Shown here piece by piece: positions 11,999 through 23,189 of a stretch of 48,755 nt of DNA (its first letter is position 1; each line of letters starts with the position of its first letter). Location of the stretch: the NCBI RefSeq assembly GCF_006345805.1, contig NW_021834399.1, positions 1 through 48,755 of the forward strand. Direction: 5' to 3'. Under the pieces are notes generated by a model. It had not been told where the DNA came from. It worked only from the letters and a program-made list of their open reading frames with translations, and did not search any database. The position numbers were made by a program, and so were the translations under genes. The stretch comes from Octopus sinensis (taxonomy: Eukaryota).

Positions 11999-13350
11999 TA
12001 TGGCTGCCCCCTCGTTATCGAGTATGGCCATTGCACGAAGCTTAACTGTTATCAGTGCTGTGATCGAATGTGACTTTTTAGCCCAGCTAAAGATCTACAA
12101 CGTCTTGTACAGAATTGGCAGCTAAAGCCTTTACCGGCATAGCCGGCTGTAGTTGTAACTGGGCTTCATGTACCTTTGCGTGTCGTTTAAGTCCTCTAAC
12201 CGAATTACACTCCCTTCTACATACCTGACAGATATGATTAGTATGGTATGTAGCACCACCACCAGTGACCTGGTTGTCACTCATCTGTCTTGCTTTATGA
12301 CTATGAAGATGACTCTTGAGTCCAGCTTTGTGAGGCAGGGTCTTGCACAGACACTGCATGTCAGCATCATAGGAAGACCCTTACCATCTGGAAGTGCAAC
12401 AGCGATGCTCTTCCTGACATCCCTCCTTACTTTCCCATGCGCAACTCGAGATTTCTCAAAAGTAGCTGTCTCCTCGTGCACAATCCTTCTCCCCCTGCTA
12501 CAGTCAATAGCTATGCCCTCCCATGTGTCAGGAGAGATGCAAGCATCTCTTAAGGAAGTCTTCAGCAAGTCCTTATACCTCTTTTTTAGTTTATGTGGAT
12601 GTTGTTCTCCTTTAGCTAACTCTCTATAAAAGGTTTTTTTTTGGCATCCTTGAATCCTTCATCCTGACCAGATGACCACTCCATCTGAGCCTTTGCTTTA
12701 ACACAAGAGCTTCTATACTTTCACACCGAGAGCTTTCCAATATTTCAAGATCACTGATGCAGTCTTCCCACTTAATGCCATAGATCTGTCTGAGACACAT
12801 CTGATGGAAACGTTCCAGTTGTTTAAGGTGGTATCGATATGGGACCCACGTCTCGCAGGCATAAAAAGAGAAGGGAATACACATGCCTTGTACACCTTTA
12901 CCTTTGTCTTTCTGCATATGTCTCGCCGATTCCAGAGGCACCTTTCTAGCCTTCTAAAAGTATCACTTGCTTTCCTAATTCTGTATGGAATTTCATTATC
13001 CAGATTGCTATATCTATTAGCAGTGCTTCCCAGGTAGACAAACTGATCAACTACATCAAGTCGTTTACCATACACATAGATATTTGTTTCACTATACTGC
13101 TTACCAGGGGCAGGTTGGTACATGACAACAGTTTTTTTTAGACTGACTGTCAATCCTAAGGTAGTGCAAGCATCAGAGAATGCATTCAAAATGTGTTACT
13201 TATCAATCTCTGTGTGCGCTACTAGATCACAATCATCTGCATACAAAAGGTCTCTTATGATAGAGGTAATTATCTTTGTTTTTGCAGCAAAACGCCTGAT
13301 ATTAAATATGCTGCCAGAGGTTCGATAATGGATGTAAACTCCATATCTGC
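11998..13350 (-). mobile_element. RTE-clade LINE, 5'-truncated and frameshifted (RT C-half, C-terminal C2H2-like fingers, 3' end)
   Basis: 'IRDLLYADDCDLVAHTE', 'GLTVSLKKTVVMYQP', 'FVYLGS', 'YACETW..Y..HLKQLERFHQMCLR', 'LRWSGHLVRMKDSRMPK'. The 3' terminal stem-loop 'gccatactcgataacgagggggcagcc' is followed by a short-repeat tail. Confidence 0.92.
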
Positions 13351-13439
13351 AAAATATATGGCAAATAGGGTCGGTGCCAGAATATCCCCTTGTTTCATTA
13401 CATTTTATATTGAGATAGGCTCCGACTTGTAAGTGTAAT

Positions 13440-14165
13440 CTAAAAACTTCAGGATGGAAAGCACATGGAAGAGACTTGATTATTGGATACTGGTACAAGG
13501 AACTAACATTCTATCGACCATATCTTATCAACCTGTATCAACAAGCTCTCGATGGAAATAGTAGCATGCCAGACTGGTTAGCTCTGACAGAGACAAAGCT
13601 GATCCCCAAAAGCAGAACCACCTGTATGGTAAAAAAACAGTCGACCAATTGCATGCCAGAACGTGATGTATAAAATATACGCAGCATGATTAAACCTCTT
13701 CCTCCAAGACTATTATGAAAGTAATAACCATCATCACAGCATAACAAGCAGCTGGGGAGAAGGGAGCTGGATATGTGCCGAATAATTGTTGATAAACAAA
13801 AGTGTTATGTCAGAGGTGCAGGAGCATATGAGGAACCTAGTTTCAATGTGGCTGGACTACAAGAAAGCCTTTGACTCTATCCCCAACTCATGAATGCTAG
13901 AAGTCCTTCAACTTGCTAAAGTTCCCCTAAGCATAGTCAAAGCCAAAGTTGGCCACCGTCTTGAAGTCAAATACAAGGAGTGATTACATAATCTCTGATA
14001 GAATACAGTGTTGCAAAGGTATATTCCAAGGGGATATCCTCTTTGTGATGGTGTTTATACGTTCTGTAAACCCCTTATTTCACTGGTTCACAAGGAAACA
14101 AAAATGTCAAAATTGCACACTATTTCTCTGTGGATGACTTGAAACTGTATGCCAAGTATGTGCAT
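13440..14165 (+). mobile_element. R4/Dong-type (RLE) LINE reverse transcriptase fragment
   Basis: 'GWKAHGRDLIIGYWYKEL', 'MPDWL..TETKLIPK', 'RPIACQNVMYKI', 'EQLLINK', 'WLDYKKAFDSIP', 'KGIFQGD', 'DDLKLYAK'. Confidence 0.85.
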
Positions 14166-14179
14166 GGGTTAAATAATAC

Positions 14180-15885
14180 AATGAATGCAAACAAAATGCT
14201 TCTTAATATTAATAGATTTATTAAATCTCAAATTATACATCTTATAAAGATATTCATAATTGCTCACTTGTGGAGAATAGAAAACCTAGCGGAGTGGTGG
14301 AGAATTACTCGTTAGAGAGATGTAGAAAGCCATTAAATGATAAACAACATAGCAATAACCTAGCTATTTCAGTAGATAATCTCTTATATAATGGGGAAAC
14401 GAGTAGAATAACTGAAATTCCAGGTGTCTATATAATCTTTGGTAGTAAATTCACAATCAGATTTGTTAACAGGGCAAAACTAATACTAGAATAACTGATA
14501 ATCTGAGCTTGAACTGGAGTAGCGCAGAATGTTTGAGGCATTCTAACATAGAACTCTACCGAAGTTTAATAAACGAAATTGGAAAAGAAATATTATCTGG
14601 TTTAATCTACCTTCCTGTAGCCATGTGCAAACTTCAATTTCAAAGTTCTTTGTGATACTTCGAGAATTTTTTCTCTGCAACACAGGTACTACCAGATATT
14701 TAATAAGTACACGGTAAATCTATCATACTCAGCTACCTCGAAAGTAGTGATACACCTTCCGGCATAAGATTAAAGGCTAGTAAACTGGGTGCCACTGTAA
14801 GATTGTACATGATTAAATGAAACGTCTCATAACTTACTTTTTGTCATTGATAAACGTAAGTCCTTAGAAATGGATGGCATTAACAGACCTAATGATTTGA
14901 ATGACAGGAAGATCGTTACTAGAGCTACAAGAAGGAACTAAGTACTCAGGTAATAAAGCGACCCATATGAAGCAATCTGATTTGCAAACATCTAGAAATT
15001 TTTAAAAAATGTTAATAACTGTACATATGATTACAAATGTATGTCTCCTAATAATTGTCAGTTAAGTGGTAAGTTCATGCCCAGAAATTCAGTTTATAAA
15101 TATACTGTAAAATGCATAACAGGTAATGCACTAGATCGAGAACGAACCACGCCAAAAAAGACATATCAATGTATAAATATTCCTAAGCTAATCCATCTCT
15201 CATTGATAATATATTTAGTTTAAAATCTAAAGGAATTAAATTCAAATCAGATTGGAATATTATTAATTATACGAAATTATACCAAGAAGATAAGCACATT
15301 TTGCCATTCGTATAGACGGGAAGCACTCGAAATCCTTATGGCAGATGATAATTCGTTAAATAAGTGAAGTGAAATAGTAATTAATTGTAAGCACAAATTT
15401 AAATAGACGTTTTAAAAGTAGCCTAATCGAGATAAATCCAATAATGGAACTTGTCCACACTTAAATTACATTTAGTGAACTTATCTACACTCTAATCCGA
15501 ACTGCCTCTCTAAATTCTGATATATTACACGTGTGTCCTATGTTTAAGTTGGACTACTTGTTGAACAATTGTCTGCTTTTATTATGATTCTTATTTTACT
15601 TTTCTTTTACTTATCGTTAATATTATTATCTATTATTACTTGAAATACATCTATTAACGTAATGTATTTGCTATCATGATCTCTTAGTATACCATCGTTT
15701 GAAAGTAATTTACGTAATTTAATTAATATAGTTTTGTTCTGCGCATATTGTATACTGTTTTCGTATCGATTAAGATTTACTTGTTTGGTTTATTTGTTCA
15801 CTGTCGTATCAGTTAAGTGTTTGTCTACATTCTATTTTATTGTTTGCTTATTCATAGCTGAAGAAGCGGAGTGGCTGCATGAAAT
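14180..15885 (+). mobile_element. Penelope-like element fossil (thumb/linker, GIY-YIG C-terminus, 3' region)
   Basis: 'KRNIIWFNLP' at about 14583, 'HRYYQIFNKYTVNLSYS', 'NCQLSGK...SVYKYTV', 'DWNII' and 'EALEILMADDNSLNK*SEIVINCKHK'. CTGAAGA at about 15858 may be a truncated HHR core. Confidence 0.75.
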
Positions 15886-15886
15886 C

Positions 15887-15964
15887 CAAGATCAATGAAA
15901 ATGAATGGAATAGCAGAAAATATGAGAAGCCTTATACGGAATACCATGAGATACTGAAGAATGG
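15887..15964 (+). repeat. 78-bp direct copy of R4-type RT sequence at 17268-17345
   Basis: 'caagatcaatgaaaatgaatggaatagcagaaaatatgagaagccttatacggaataccatga.atactgaagaa.gg' occurs twice with about 2 differences. Confidence 0.9.
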
Positions 15965-16027
15965 CTTGGGCCCTTGCATCCCTTAGAGAAAATTATTATT
16001 ATTACTCTCGTTGTTGCTGTTCTTCTT

Positions 16028-16276
16028 AAGATGGAGAGCTGGCAGAATCCTTAGCGCGCCGGGCAAAATGCTTAGCAGTATTTCGTCTGCCGTTACGTTC
16101 TGAGTTCAAATTCCACCGTGGTCGACGTTGACTTTCATCATTTTGAGGTCGATAAGATAAGTACTAGCTGAGCCCTGGGTTCAATGAAATCAGATAAAAT
16201 AAGTATCAGTTGAACGCTAGGGGTCGATGAAATCAATTTAATCCCTCTCTCGAAAGTGCAAAAACTTGGAAACCAT
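16028..16276 (+). mobile_element. tRNA-derived SINE family A with a small internal duplication
   Basis: A-box-like 'gagctggcagaatc', 'gttctgagttcaaattcc', 'ctttcatcattttgaggtcgataagataagtac' and an (ATT)n tail. Confidence 0.85.
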
Positions 16277-16454
16277 TATTATTATTGTTGTTAAAGCATT
16301 GCTTATATAGCCACCGTGTACAGTGTGTTAAGTTATAGGATATACCAATTTACATATTAACCGCATTCCTAGAGCTGGTATGTAAAAACTAATGATTTGT
16401 AGATAGTGGCATTTCCTTATGCAACCATAATATACTATAAAGTATTTTAAATTA

Positions 16455-17070
16455 TATTGCCACATTCTGGTAATTTCGTCTTTTAGTAGTCTGTACTTTT
16501 CGATCTTTTTTAGTTCTTTGTCACTTATGCGTGCATCTCCAGGTATTTCAATATCTATGATCTTGGTTTCCTTTTTTCTTTTATCTACCACAACAATATC
16601 TGGTCTCCGAGCCTCGATTAAGGAATCACATTAGATTGTAAAATCCCACCATATCTTATGTTCCTTGTTCTCAGTGACTCCTTCTGGTTCATGTTCGTAC
16701 CATTTCCGTACTCTGTTCAAGCCGTACTTTTCACATAACCTCCTATGAAAGAACTAAGCTACGTTATCGTGTCGCCTTTTGTAGTGCTTTTGGGCCAGCT
16801 TGCTACACTCACTCACAATATGTGAGATTGTTTCGTTTCTGCTGCCACACATTCTACAAAGGGGCGAATCGCTACTCTTATCTATTTGGAACTTGGTGTA
16901 ATTAGTTCTCAGAGCTTGTTCCTGGGCGCTGCCAATCAATGCCTCAGTGCATCCTTTCAGATCACTTATTCTTAGCCATCTCCAAATGTTGGTCTTGTCT
17001 TTTCCTTCGATTTCTCTGAGGTATTGCCCACAGAGTGATTTCATTTTCCAGTTGTTCACTCTTTCTTCTT
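16455..17070 (-). mobile_element. R4/Dong-type LINE 3' part: CCHC knuckle and restriction-like endonuclease
   Basis: 'AQEQALRTN', 'CRMCGSRNETISHIVSEC', 'YKRRHDNVA', 'WYEHEPEGV', 'ARRPDIVVVDK..TKIIDIEIPGD', 'KIEKY'. Confidence 0.92.
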
Positions 17071-17470
17071 CATGTGCAGATACTTGGAAAAAAGTGGGCT
17101 GCTACCCATTGAACAGAAAGGGTGCCGAAAAAGGAGCCGGGGAACGAAGGATCAGCTCTTTATTAATAAAATAATTATCAGGCACTGCAAAAGAAGACAT
17201 ACAAACCTGAGCATGGCATGGATTGACTATCGCAAAGCATAGGATATGATACCACATTCCTGGATAACAAGATCAATGAAAATGAATGGAATAGCAGAAA
17301 ATATGAGAAGCCTTATACGGAATACCATGAAATACTGAAGAACGGAATTGACAGCAGGGAATCAAGTATTAGGGGAGGTGAAAATCAAGAGAGGAATCTT
17401 CCAGGGAGACAGTATGTCCCCACTGATATTCGTGCTGGGAATGATCCCCTTGAGTGAAATACTACATAAA
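17071..17470 (+). mobile_element. R4/Dong-type LINE RT segment, inverted relative to 16455-17070
   Basis: '[20 protein letters not shown]', '[19 protein letters not shown]', 'IKRGIFQGDSMSPLIF'. Confidence 0.88.
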
Positions 17471-17858
17471 ATATCAAGAAAAAAATGCTTTCTAATCGAT
17501 GTATCAATACCAACAGATGACAATGTTTCTCTAAAAGAAACGGAGAAACTTTCAAAATACAAAGATCTAGAAATAGAGGTAACTCGAATGTGGAGCCTAA
17601 AAACAGAAACAATTCCTATCATAGTAGGCGCATTAAGTATGATAAAAAAATATTCAGACAAATACATAACAAAAACATCAGGACTAACAAGTATATATAA
17701 CATACAGAAAGTAGCACTACTAGGCACCGCACACATCCTACGTAAAATACTTTCAAAACAGTGAAAATAAGAGCATCACAACAAACTACAATACATACCC
17801 AAGGCACACAGAGCTGCGCTCGGTAGTGCAGTGAAAGCACATGATAGAAATAACACTA

Positions 17859-17906
<48 letters not shown>
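17471..17906 (+). mobile_element. R4/Dong-type LINE 3' end (RLE C-terminus, 3' UTR, (AAT)n tail)
   Basis: 'CFLIDVSIPTDDNV..KETEKLSKYKDLEIEVTRMW...IPIIVGAL...IQKVALLGTAHILRK', stop at 17764, and (AAT)n at 17862-17906. Confidence 0.9.
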
Positions 17907-17907
<1 letters not shown>

Positions 17908-17910
17908 TTA

Positions 17911-18122
17911 ATGGTTCATATTTTTGTACAAGGCCAGCAATTTTTTTATGGGGAGTAGCAAGTCAATAACATCACCCCTTCCCTCATTACTTGATTGGTA
18001 TTATATTTTTATCGATCTCGAACAGATAAAAGGCAAGGTCGAACTCGGCTGAATTTGAAATCAGAAAGTAAGAAAATGCTGCTAAGAATTTTGACTGATG
18101 CGTTACCGATTCGGTCAGTTCA
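17911..18122 (-). mobile_element. SINE family A
   Basis: 'tttttgtacaaggccagc', 'tttatcgatctcgaacagataaaaggcaaggtcga' and 'gaatttgaaatcagaa' match the other copies. Confidence 0.75.
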
Positions 18123-18499
18123 GTAAACCGTGAAGAAAATGTGTTTAAAAAATAGGTAGTGCTGTAAGGAGCCAAAGAAATAATTGAAATGTATAATTGA
18201 AATTATACTTGATCTCAACATATGAATTGCGAAAAATAATGCGATTCATACTTTCCGTGTCGAATTGTAAGTGCGTAGTGTATTGCATTGTGTGCACATG
18301 TATTCATTGTTTAATCTGCCTATATGCTTACTAATAGATGTGTATATAAAAGCTGATGTACAGCATGTGTTTGCGCGTGTGTGTTACAGTGAGAATTTAT
18401 GTATGTATGTTTGCCACAATAAGTGGTAACCATATTAGTCACTGCCTGTCTCTCAAGACTTGTCAATAACTTCTACTATGTCACTTGCTTTGCTTTCGA

Positions 18500-20210
18500 T
18501 TCTTTAACAGGCTTGTAACCGAGATAATCTAGAATTTCGTCGTTAATGTGTTTATAATGTCTTCGTAATCTGATGCAGAACGACCATCAATAATCCAGCA
18601 TCATTACGACCTGAAGGGTACCGAATTAGGGATTTTTCAAAATCAGAGTGAAGTTAGAATTCACTTAATGCAACAGCTAACTACTTCATCCTACCTTCAA
18701 AATATCCACGTAAATCAGTGCAATGTCCTCATAAGTAGCAGACTCAAACCTCATTCCGGGCCACAATTCATGCTATCTATTTTCCAGTATGGGTGCTTCT
18801 ACAGATTTCCAAAGATAGGCATCGCAGTAAATTATATATTTTGCATTAAAACCCTTGAGTAACTCACGAACTGGCCTGCCAGAGTTAATTACATTCAGTT
18901 GGCGCCTCATTAAATAGATGTGATATTTAAACTTAAACGAACATCGTATATATATTACTCTCCTGGCGGAGTAGGGTTAATGATGTATAATTAGGTGGGT
19001 GGTAAATGCTAAAAACGTTTTTCGTTTTCACCATAAGTTCTGCCATAGGATGTATGGGTCGGTTGTGAAAAATATGCCTTATTTTACAGTTGTGTTTTAG
19101 GCTAACAGAATCATGCTTGGAGAACAAAATAATTTTCCAACCAATCCAATAAAATGTCAGTTGTTTTACAATCTTGTTTGTTATCCCGATGGGGTGTGTC
19201 ATAACTTTAAAAGCCGTTGGACATAAACCTTTACCAACGACCAACAATTTAGACCTATGGCATAAGAGTAACTCAGTACAGCGATACGATCTTTCGATGA
19301 TTTATAACATTTTGTTAATTCTGTATCCATTATTATCAGTGTTTTTCTCGGATCACATTTCGGAAAAAGCAGTTTCACTCCATTGCAGACCTGCCAAGTA
19401 GTTAAAGATTCATCTGAACATAATTCAGTGAACTCGTCAACAAACTTGATAACTACTTCCTTGTCCAGTGAACATTTTTAACTACTCGCTGCACGAAACA
19501 TTAACCCATGTCGATCCGCAGAGTAATATCACTCAAAACCTAGACCTAACGTTTATGAAATTTTGGGATTTGTTTTTTTCATCAAATCTCTAAACAACTC
19601 ATCAAAACTGGATCTAATTCTGAACTTTTCCATCTTCTATTGCTTTCTTTTTACATTAATATTTCCTTGCATTGCTGTTAGAAGAAAAAAAAAAAACTAG
19701 TATTTTTTTTGCATTTCTATGTCATAAACTATGGAAAACCAGTACTGTATAACTCGCACAGACTTTTTACAGACACACCACTGTCAGTTTTTTTTTCTTA
19801 TCTTTAATAGACAACGTCCAGTGTTTGCGATTTACACAGCGTGAAACACTTTCTTTATTCATTGGAATCATGGCGGGGAATAATAATGAACATGTTATAA
19901 TAATCCTTCATTCTATAGCCAAAAACCTGAAATGTTGGGGATGGTAACTAGTCGATTACATCGTACCTAGTGCTCGACTGATTCTTATTTTAGCGGTCCT
20001 GAAAGGATGAAAGACAAAATTCGACGGAATTTGAACTCGGAACGTAAAGACAAGAAATGCCGTTAAGCATTTTGTCCAGCGTGTTAACGACTCTACCAAC
20101 TCGCTGCCTTAAGAACAGCGAAAATTTGAAATTAAAATTAGGCCAACTGGCATTGGATTAGTGATGAAGCCGGATTAATGATTGTCGGATTAGTAATGGA
20201 GAACCGGTAC
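18500..20210 (-). mobile_element. Tigger/pogo DNA transposon fossil (CENP-B HTH and DDE transposase), with a SINE inserted near its 5' end
   Basis: 'RKHWTLSIKDK', 'SGVSVKSLCELY', 'SLDKEVVIKFVDEFTELCSDESLTTWQVCNG', 'YKSSKDRIAVL', 'KLLVVGKGLCPTAFK', 'HPMAELMVKTKNVFSIYHPPNYTSL', 'FNAKYIIY..AYLWKSV'. Pogo-like subterminal 'taatccg' repeats lie at 20155-20195 (minus). Confidence 0.85.
19895..20111 (-). mobile_element. SINE family A
   Basis: 'gtcgattacatcg', 'cctgaaaggatgaaag', 'ggaatttgaactcggaacgtaaagac', 'accaactcgctgcctt'. Confidence 0.8.
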
Positions 20211-20277
20211 CACCAACCTGTATGCATCTTGTATCAACTACGTCTATTTGTTTATTTTATTTTATTAGATCGTTCAT

Positions 20278-20696
20278 CTTTTATCTTTTATCATTCAGTT
20301 GTTCCAGTCGTTGAACTGCGACCATTTGGGAGCAATGCTTTGAAGGATTTAGTCGAAGAAATCGACCCCTGAACTTATTTTTAAAGCTTAGTACTTATTT
20401 TATCGGGCTCTTTTGCTAAACCGCTTGTTTACAGGAACGGCAACAAACCAACTCCGGTTTCCAAGCGATGGTGGGAGACAAACACACACACACACATGCA
20501 CGCACGCGCACGCATGCATACACAGACATTTATATATACAACGGGCTTTTTCAGTTTCTATCTATCAAATCCACTCACAGGAGTTTGGTCTGCCTGAGGT
20601 TTTAGCAGAAGGTACTCATCCAGGCTGCCACGAAGTGGGACTGAACCCAGAACTATACGGTTGGGAAGCAGACATTTTACCACACAACCACACCAA
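20278..20696 (-). mobile_element. tRNA-derived SINE family B (internal microsatellite)
   Basis: Colinear with 26892-27285 and 47967-48442. Confidence 0.8.
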
Positions 20697-21234
20697 GTCT
20701 GTTTTTTTTTATTGCTTGTGTTCTTTTTCATTTGCTTTTTTTCTCCCTCTCTTTATTCTATTATTTTCTCGTACAGGATATTTGATTCTGACAAAGAATT
20801 TTATCCTTTTCTTTATCATCATTTTTATTTGGACGCGATTTCCGGGTTTCTAAAGGCGGCATTAAATGCATATCATTATATTTCAATTAACTTTTACTGG
20901 TGAAATGATTTTATGATTGCATAAAATGATTGAAACGAACGCTTCGAATGTAAATAATTTGCTTTCTGTAATTCTTTCAATTATATTTGGCTATTTTCCC
21001 AAGTTTAGTCTTCCCCAGTTATACATAACCTTTTACTTGATTAAGTGTGCAGCACTGAAGCGGGGTGAGGGTTTACATGGAATAAATATGAAACCCTTTA
21101 ACTACTAGTAACGTTTTATGCACTTAGAATATATCATAAATTATATGTGCGTGTGCATTTGCGTATGTGTATCGGTGTGCGTGTGCGTATGTATTTGCAT
21201 ATGTGTGTCGGTGTGTGTATGTGTATGTGAGAGT

Positions 21235-21296
<62 letters not shown>

Positions 21297-21675
21297 AGTA
21301 ACGAGCACCCGAGAAAAATTAAAGGATATATTTAAGGTATAAACAAAGCAAATATGTGCGTAAAACAGTGTGATAGATTTGGATTTATACACAGGAATAT
21401 AGACAGAATTAAGTTGACGGTAGAAGTAAGGGTAATTTTGTAACAGAGAAAGAAACTGGGGGGAGAGAGGGGAGAGAGAGGAGAGAAGGGGAGAGAGGGG
21501 ATGGACAGAAGGGAGGGGAGAGAGTTGTTAATGTCCGAAAGTAAGATATGTTAGAAAGGTGAACTCTGTGTTACATAATTATTCTTTCACTCACTCTATG
21601 TCTATCTATTTGTCGGTTTGTCTGCCGGCCTGTCTGTCTGTCTTAATATGTATTTAATGAAGTCATATATATATA

Positions 21676-22107
21676 TATATGGTAAATGAAAGACGGAAAA
21701 TGGAATATACGAGAATTTTTGTTATTAATCATAACAATGGTTTCGACACATGTAGCATCGATCCCGCACGGGTGGGACACTTAATATCTAGTTCAGGAAC
21801 ATCCGACGGTGCAGATGTGTCTCATCGGGTGACAAATAGATTCGTTAAAATAACAGTTCCACAATATATCTTCTCATTTCGTTGAAAGAAGAGCAGCAAA
21901 ACCAAGTAAATATCTTTATTTATAGAGAAGATCAAAAATAAAATCACAGGTGATAAAAAAAAAAAGAAACGAACACGCCATACAGCGGGAAAATTTTGTT
22001 AAGTGTTCCACCCGTGAGGGATCGGTGCTACATGTGTCGAAACAATTGTTATCATTGATAATAATAATTCTCGTATATCCCATCTTCCGTCTTTCAGTTA
22101 CCATATA
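21676..22107. mobile_element. Fold-back non-coding element (109-bp inverted arms) with a hammerhead-like motif
   Basis: 21676-21784 is the reverse complement of 21999-22107, also visible as near-identical ORF peptides on opposite strands. The left side abuts (TA)n. Confidence 0.85.
21726..21835 (-). ncRNA. Variant or degenerate type I hammerhead with about 75-nt stem II
   Basis: Minus strand: ttgtcac-CCGATGA-gacacat..gcaccg...cgatgc..atgtgtc-GAAAC-catt-GT-T-atgat. The stem II base gacacat/atgtgtc is a perfect 7 bp. The inverted copy has palindromic stem III acaattgt. Confidence 0.55.
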
Positions 22108-22785
22108 CAAAACGAACACTGCGAACGTGACAGTGCTTTACCAGTAAGATCCCAGGTGTAAACCATTCGTTTTATTGCCTTATATATATAGTTAATAGGT
22201 TAGAGACAGATGTTCTCTATATAGAATGCACTTCAAAATGCTCGAGAGACTTGAACTTGAGCCGGTAGATGAGCAAATGTAATGAGAAGAAAGTTAGGCA
22301 AGTCGATTTACACAGAATATTAAATACATTTAATAGAAAAAAATGTACATGTGTATGAATATTAAATAGTACGACATACAGAATATAAATGATATCAGGA
22401 GTTAAATGGGTAGAATTTAACGAGGCCAACAGGTGTTTCTAGGGGCTTGGTGGTCCGGAATAATGATAAGTTACTTGGATCTACTATTGGCTAAGACCAC
22501 CTCCGTCTTCGGGGAGAATTTTACATTTGAGGTGTTGACAGGATGGAATTTAAAGATATATATATATATATAGAATGACTGGTAGAAATGACTGATTGTC
22601 CCTCTTAGCGTTTGGCATGTATTTATAATGCCTTCTGGCATGTATGTATAATGCCCTCTATATATAAATTAATATGTTCAATAAGAAATAATTATTTTCG
22701 AAATTTTTTCTCTTATGAGGTTTTTACGCTATCTACCTGACAATTTCTTGTTAAGTTTTCCTTATTAAGTAGTTGTCCTTAATTG

Positions 22786-22787
<2 letters not shown>

Positions 22788-22882
<95 letters not shown>

Positions 22883-22915
22883 TGTGTATGTGCGCGTGTG
22901 TGTGTGTGTGTGTAT
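22788..22915. repeat. (TA)n(TG)n microsatellite
   Basis: Direct reading. Confidence 0.97.
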
Positions 22916-23189
22916 ATTAAATTGTTTATGGGAAATGTTTTGAATGTGCAAATAAAGCTCCTATTCCATTATGCCGGTCACAGTCTAATGATGCTGACTG
23001 GTGAACCAGTTTTTAGGGGTTGCATCGAGCTGTACCGATATAATGTAGGATAAATATAATAGTAATAAAATAATTCTTGGATGGAATTTATAAATATTTA
23101 ATGCTTCGCTACGCGCGTTTCCACAAATCACATGACCCTTAAGATCACAGTTCGTATTCGTGGAATGGCTGTGATCATATGGTTGATGC

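Noticed and set aside
11456-12031. Long ORFs such as (MYVC)n, (YI)n, (HT)n and (SIYL)n here and at 1220-1567, 25398-26046, 34380-34851, 36132-36498, 39989-40582, 41299-41739 and 47501-48041
   Set aside because: They are translations of stop-free microsatellites, not genes.
16028-16120. tRNA-like A and B boxes in SINE heads
   Set aside because: No cloverleaf, and they continue into SINE bodies, so they are not tRNA genes.
17348-17764. 138-aa ORF as a novel RT-nuclease mini-protein
   Set aside because: It lacks the YxDD and PD catalytic motifs, starts at a non-ATG codon, and is best explained as a chance in-frame junction of two LINE fragments.
18525-18595. Minus-strand gtcgtt/aacgac stem followed by GAAA
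   Set aside because: No CUGANGA core, and it lies within the probable Tigger remnant.
19381-19480. Apparent splice acceptor and Ser/Thr-rich terminal exon on the + strand
   Set aside because: It is the antisense of the Tigger transposase (SLDKEVVIKFVDEF...).
22612-22660. Two-copy tandem of about 22 bp (tggcatgtat.tataatgcc.tc)
   Set aside because: Ordinary local slippage duplication.
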